DNA from: the human T2T-CHM13v2.0 reference genome, Homo sapiens
Strand: one strand, 5' to 3'
Assembly (NCBI RefSeq): GCF_009914755.1
Contig: NC_060935.1
Length of the DNA: 64,000 nt
This document shows, in pieces, positions 59,670 to 64,000 of this stretch. A model generated the notes under the pieces. The model made no database searches, was not told the DNA's origin, and saw only the letters and a list, made by a program, of their open reading frames with translations. How positions within the stretch are numbered: position 1 is the stretch's first letter; each line of letters begins with the position of its first letter. Both the position numbers and the translations under genes were made by a program.

Positions 59670-61025
59670 GTAAATTATTGTAAATGTTTGTGAGACTCTA
59701 GAAATTTCATTTTGGGGGATTTTATTACTTATCACTCTCAAATTAAGTAACTGTCAAATTAAGTTGAAGAACAGAGGTGTTCAAATTGTTGGTGCTAAGA
59801 GACTCCATCCCAGTTGTGCGCTCTGTTACAGAAAATTGTATAATTTACCATTTATTGTGTAATCCAGAATGAATATAATCCAGAATGAAGAGCGTGCAAA
59901 CTCTTCAGAAAGACTTGAAGGCAGTTTATCTTACTTTTAGCCCACCTGGATAAGGGAGGTGCTTTTGACATAGGTGAAGGAAAGAAGAGCAGTAACTGGA
60001 TGTGATGATCTAGAGTGGCATTTGTTGGAGGGAAGAGGTGATGTGAGGAAGATGCCTTAATTTACATAAATGGGTAGTGATTATGTGGTCATGGCCTTAA
60101 ACATAGTCTTTTTTAAGTGAAAATATGGAAGAGGCTCTTCCTGTTACTTAACATTAATATAGGGATGTTATTAAGCCAAATTCTCAATCTTACTGTCTTC
60201 ATAGTTAACAATTTGTATTTGTTTGTTGTTTATATTTCTCATAAATTCTGTTTTGTAGCCTCTTAATTCTGTTTTGGTCCATATTAGAGATTTAGCTTAA
60301 ATAGTATGGAATACAATTTGAAGAGTGGTATTCATTTTATTGAGTATTTATGAATGGAATGGGTATAACCTTTTAAAAAGTTGTTTACTATTATTAACTT
60401 TACATGTGTTTAATCAGGATTAATATAAGCACATTTTTACCATTGGTAACATAATGTAATGTAGAAGATATGCAGCTAAAGTATTGAATAATAAAGGAAT
60501 ATTACCCTGGTGTTAAGTTGTATAGTGTATAGCCACAGGAAACAGATTATCTTGCCACTCCATTTGTTTATTATATTCATTGAACATTAAATTATAGACT
60601 CCTAAGCCTTAGAAAAGACCTTAGAAAACTTTCTTGTAAGTGACAAAATCCTCTTCTCAGCAGTCACAATTAGGAAGCCGTTCAGCATCTGTTTGCATGT
60701 TTAGATAGCAGGAAGCTCTGCTAATCTTACCCATGGTCTGACATTTCTGAGATTTGGAAGTAATACCTTGATATCAGGCTGAATTTGTCTTCTTATGATT
60801 TCTAATTTGCAACTAAATATTTCTTCAGTTACACAGAATTAGTATGAATCCTTTTCTAAGATGTTAAAGCATTTGAAGATATATATATTAGACTCCTGTC
60901 TATATCTTTTCACAAAGCAATCTTGTCCCCCTTCTCCCCCCAAAAATGTTGACTTAAACATTAATGAAAGTATAGAAAGAGCTGCCTGCTTGGCAGAGTT
61001 CTATAATGGCTATTTTTCTTCATAG

Positions 61026-61100
61026 CATCTCAACAGAACGCCACCGTGCTGAAGTTCGGAGAGCAGTAAACGATGAACGGTTAACAACAATTGCACATAA
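61026..61100 (+). CDS. EMSY: EMSY coding exon (75 nt), ENT domain: SISTERHRAEVRRAVNDERLTTIAH
   Basis: tttcttcatAG acceptor and AA|GTAAGC donor; in frame. Confidence 0.97.
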
Positions 61101-62460
61101 GTAAGCCATTAGTCGTACCATCCCTGATTTTTTATGACATAGTATAACACAGTTTTGAAACAGTCTTCCTATTGTGTAGCAGATTCCTGAGTCTTTTAAG
61201 TAACAATATCTCTATACTCAGGGATCCTGATCATAGCAGTAAAAGTGATATTAACTGTTTATTCAGTTGGGTTTTTTTTTGCATTTGGTTAGGCAAGCTT
61301 TAAGTACTCAGGTCAAATCCTGTTACAATGTAATCTCTGTCTAACTAAAAATCACCACAATTTAGCAGATGATTCACTTACTTGAGGCCAAGTTCAGTAA
61401 CAAAGTATTGTGACCCCTAAAATTGAAAGCCCTTTAGAGGTTCTTTGTAATGGTATTTGATATGTTATTACCTTATAAATAGGCGTTGTAACTTTTTTGA
61501 TATCTGACTCATTATTTCATGTATTTTGAGATTCAGAAAAAAATGTAAAATTTGTGTTCTGTCTTTAAGAAATATGAATATAACATCTCTTAATTTATTT
61601 TTAAAAAGCCAAAAAAATAAAACGATGAAAGATTCTTACCAAATTGTTTTCTGATCATTATAACTATTTAAGAGGAGGGGTGGAGGGTGGTAGAGGATTG
61701 AGGGCAGGGATTAAGCCTTAATTGAGTATGTATGGAGACAGTGCCTCCTAAAGAATACAAAGGAACAGAAAGTAGCCTTTAAATGTTTGTACAAGATGAT
61801 AAAACATTTCATAAAATATGTTATAGTATAATTCATTTGTTTTTTATTTTTATGTTTTAATGTTAAATAAAACTAAAGGGAAAAATTCAGTGCATTTCCA
61901 TAATGTGATAACTTAAACATTGTATTTAAGTCAATTGGCAATATTTGAATTGACTCCAAAGAGCTTCATCTTGTGCTTCACTGTCCCTCATTTTACTTAA
62001 CATAAAATGGGGTGCTACCTTTTCAACAACGTAGTTTGAAGGTTGAGCTGTTTATTCTGGAATTTTGAGATTCTTCAGTGGTAGGTATGCACTGTAGAAA
62101 TTTGGGAATTTTCTATTAGAGATGTTTAGTAATCTAGTTGCTAGGCTAACATGGTTGAAACACTCAGATATTAGTCAATGTGTTCCTTCTTTAATTTGCT
62201 CTAAGCTTTTGAATTGGGGTGCTCTAGAAGTAATGGTAACTGCGCCTAGATTCTAATTTGAGAACTAGTAATAGGAAATTTATGTGCTAGAGAATAAAGT
62301 AGTAAACCTTAGCTTGCATTCAGAGGCACTTAGAAACAAATTAGTATTGTAGAAGCATTGGAAAGGTATTGTGGGGCAACTAGTTGTAAGTTGATGCATC
62401 AGTTTCATACTTAAAGGATAACATTTATTTAGTCTCCTTTTCCTTTTTTCCCCTTTAAAG

Positions 62461-62502
62461 AATGAATTTATCCTTATATTTGGGTGAAAGACCAAGTTAC
62501 AG
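62461..62502 (+). CDS. EMSY: EMSY 42-nt in-frame cassette exon: (K)MNLSLYLGERPSY(S)
   Basis: Long pyrimidine tract plus AAG acceptor and CAG|GTATGC donor; phase 2-2; matches a recalled longer EMSY isoform. Confidence 0.8.
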
Positions 62503-64000
62503 GTATGCAAATAGGTTATTATTATTTCAGGCTTTTTCTTGTATTTATTTCCAAATTGAAGCTCTCAATTATTCAGGGGCACATTATTCCATTTATGAAT
62601 TAACCATGCCCCTTGCTTTCCTTCTCTTCCCCTCCTCCCCCTCCTAATACTGCCCACCCTTTAGCCATTTTGCTGCTTGGGAGTACCTCTAGTCAGAGGG
62701 TGGGAAGGGAGAGGAGGTGAAAATTTTAATTAGTCATTTTACTACTTGTTAGTTGTCCTGGAAAAGGTTTGGTGGAAGAATTTACAAGTATTTGCCAAAA
62801 TATTTTTGGATAATATATGAGTTTCTTTAATCTATTTGACCTCTCCCTTTCCCTCCTCTCTCCATCAGCATGGATAATTGAGAGTTGGCTTTTATCTGCC
62901 TGTGTTTCCTCTTTTTTCTCTCCTTTCTGATTTCTTTAATACATAAATTTCATTTTTTTGAAAAGAGTTTACTTCAGTGTATAATTTTGAGCTTCTTAGG
63001 TTTTTCTATATTCTTGTTTTAATATATTATTGTTTTAGTTGGATCAGATGTTTTATCTACTTGTTGAGCTCAAGGGGTCAGTGAGTGGGGATTGGTGAGG
63101 AAGGAATAGATCTCTCATTCTTTCCATCTCCTCTGCCCTCTTCCCCTCAGAAGTAGCAACAGAGCCTAGTTCCAAAGATTATCTATAGGAGGGCTTCATA
63201 CTCCAAGCCTAGAAAAACAACTAAAGGAATGCGCCTGAACTGACTGCATTCCCTTTCTCCTCCCCTCCCCTCCCCCCACTCAAAATAGGAGTTAAGGCCT
63301 GAAGGAATGTGGTTGAAAGGTGATGAGAAAGCTGAGAAGATTGAGCACAAAGGAGGGGGAAACAAAAGGAGTGGGATATCTGGGATCAAAGAAAAGCCTT
63401 TCTTGTGGCTTGAAACATAACACGTGTTTATTGTTTGGCACCAGGCCACTTATTAAGTAGTTTGATACTCTTAATTCAGTTTTTAATTATGTCAGAATGT
63501 TACAGTATTAACGCCTTGGATGTCAAGGAGCTTCGGATTTTTTAATTGGACCACTCTTGCCCATGTTGTCTCTAGATTCAGGAGAAAGTGTCTATCTGGA
63601 ATTTCTGCTCTCTTAATCCTTTCCCCATCACTCAGACATTCACAGGATACTGGGTCAGTTTCTGTGTGAGGATGAGGATTTCTTACTGGTGCCTTATACA
63701 CCAAAGGATATGTGGGCCAAGGTAGTTTCATTAGTATAATCTTAGATTTCTCAGAAAAGGGACTGGAGCAAGGTTTCCCCTGTCATACTTAGTATAAATA
63801 GAGAGACACTTTTATACTCACACTAAAGTATCTCAGTGAAGCCCTCCAGGAAGATGTTTAGTCTATAAAATCTAGTTTAGATAACTTGTGTAACTAATGC
63901 ATATTTACACTTACATCTTCATTACTAAGCAAATAGGAATTTCTGATCTAATTCTAACATGATACTTAATTTTTCACTCAAAGTTTGAGCATGTTTGCAT

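Overview
This is primate (human-like) genomic DNA, not microbial. It is repeat-dense, with about 45 Alu copies plus L1, L2/MIR, ERVL/MaLR LTRs and hAT/mariner relics. The right part holds the CpG-island promoter and 5' end of EMSY (C11orf30, chr11q13.5) on the + strand: non-coding exon 1 (ends 52838), coding exons 54649-54718, 59570-59669 and 61026-61100 encoding the N-terminal ENT domain (MPVVWPTLLDLSRDECKRILRKLELEAYAGVISALRAQGDLTKEKKDLLGELSKVLSISTERHRAEVRRAVNDERLTTIAH...), and a 42-nt in-frame cassette exon (62461-62502). The left part is probably the 3' region of GVQW3 (assignment from recall), including an Alu+MLT2-derived terminal coding exon at about 11389-11771 and an antisense Y1 RNA retropseudogene. 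Almost all ORFs in the supplied track are repeat-derived artefacts. The most notable observations are: (1) a spliced 91-aa upstream-overlapping ORF running out of frame through EMSY exons 1-4; (2) a candidate 19-nt micro-exon that would truncate that ORF, suggesting a splice-controlled uORF switch on EMSY translation; (3) a 71-bp near-perfect non-Alu inverted repeat at 23.1-23.7 kb beside an apparently inverted L1 segment; (4) a 41-bp duplication preceding two tandem Alus. Repeat subfamily names and most repeat boundaries are by eye and approximate.
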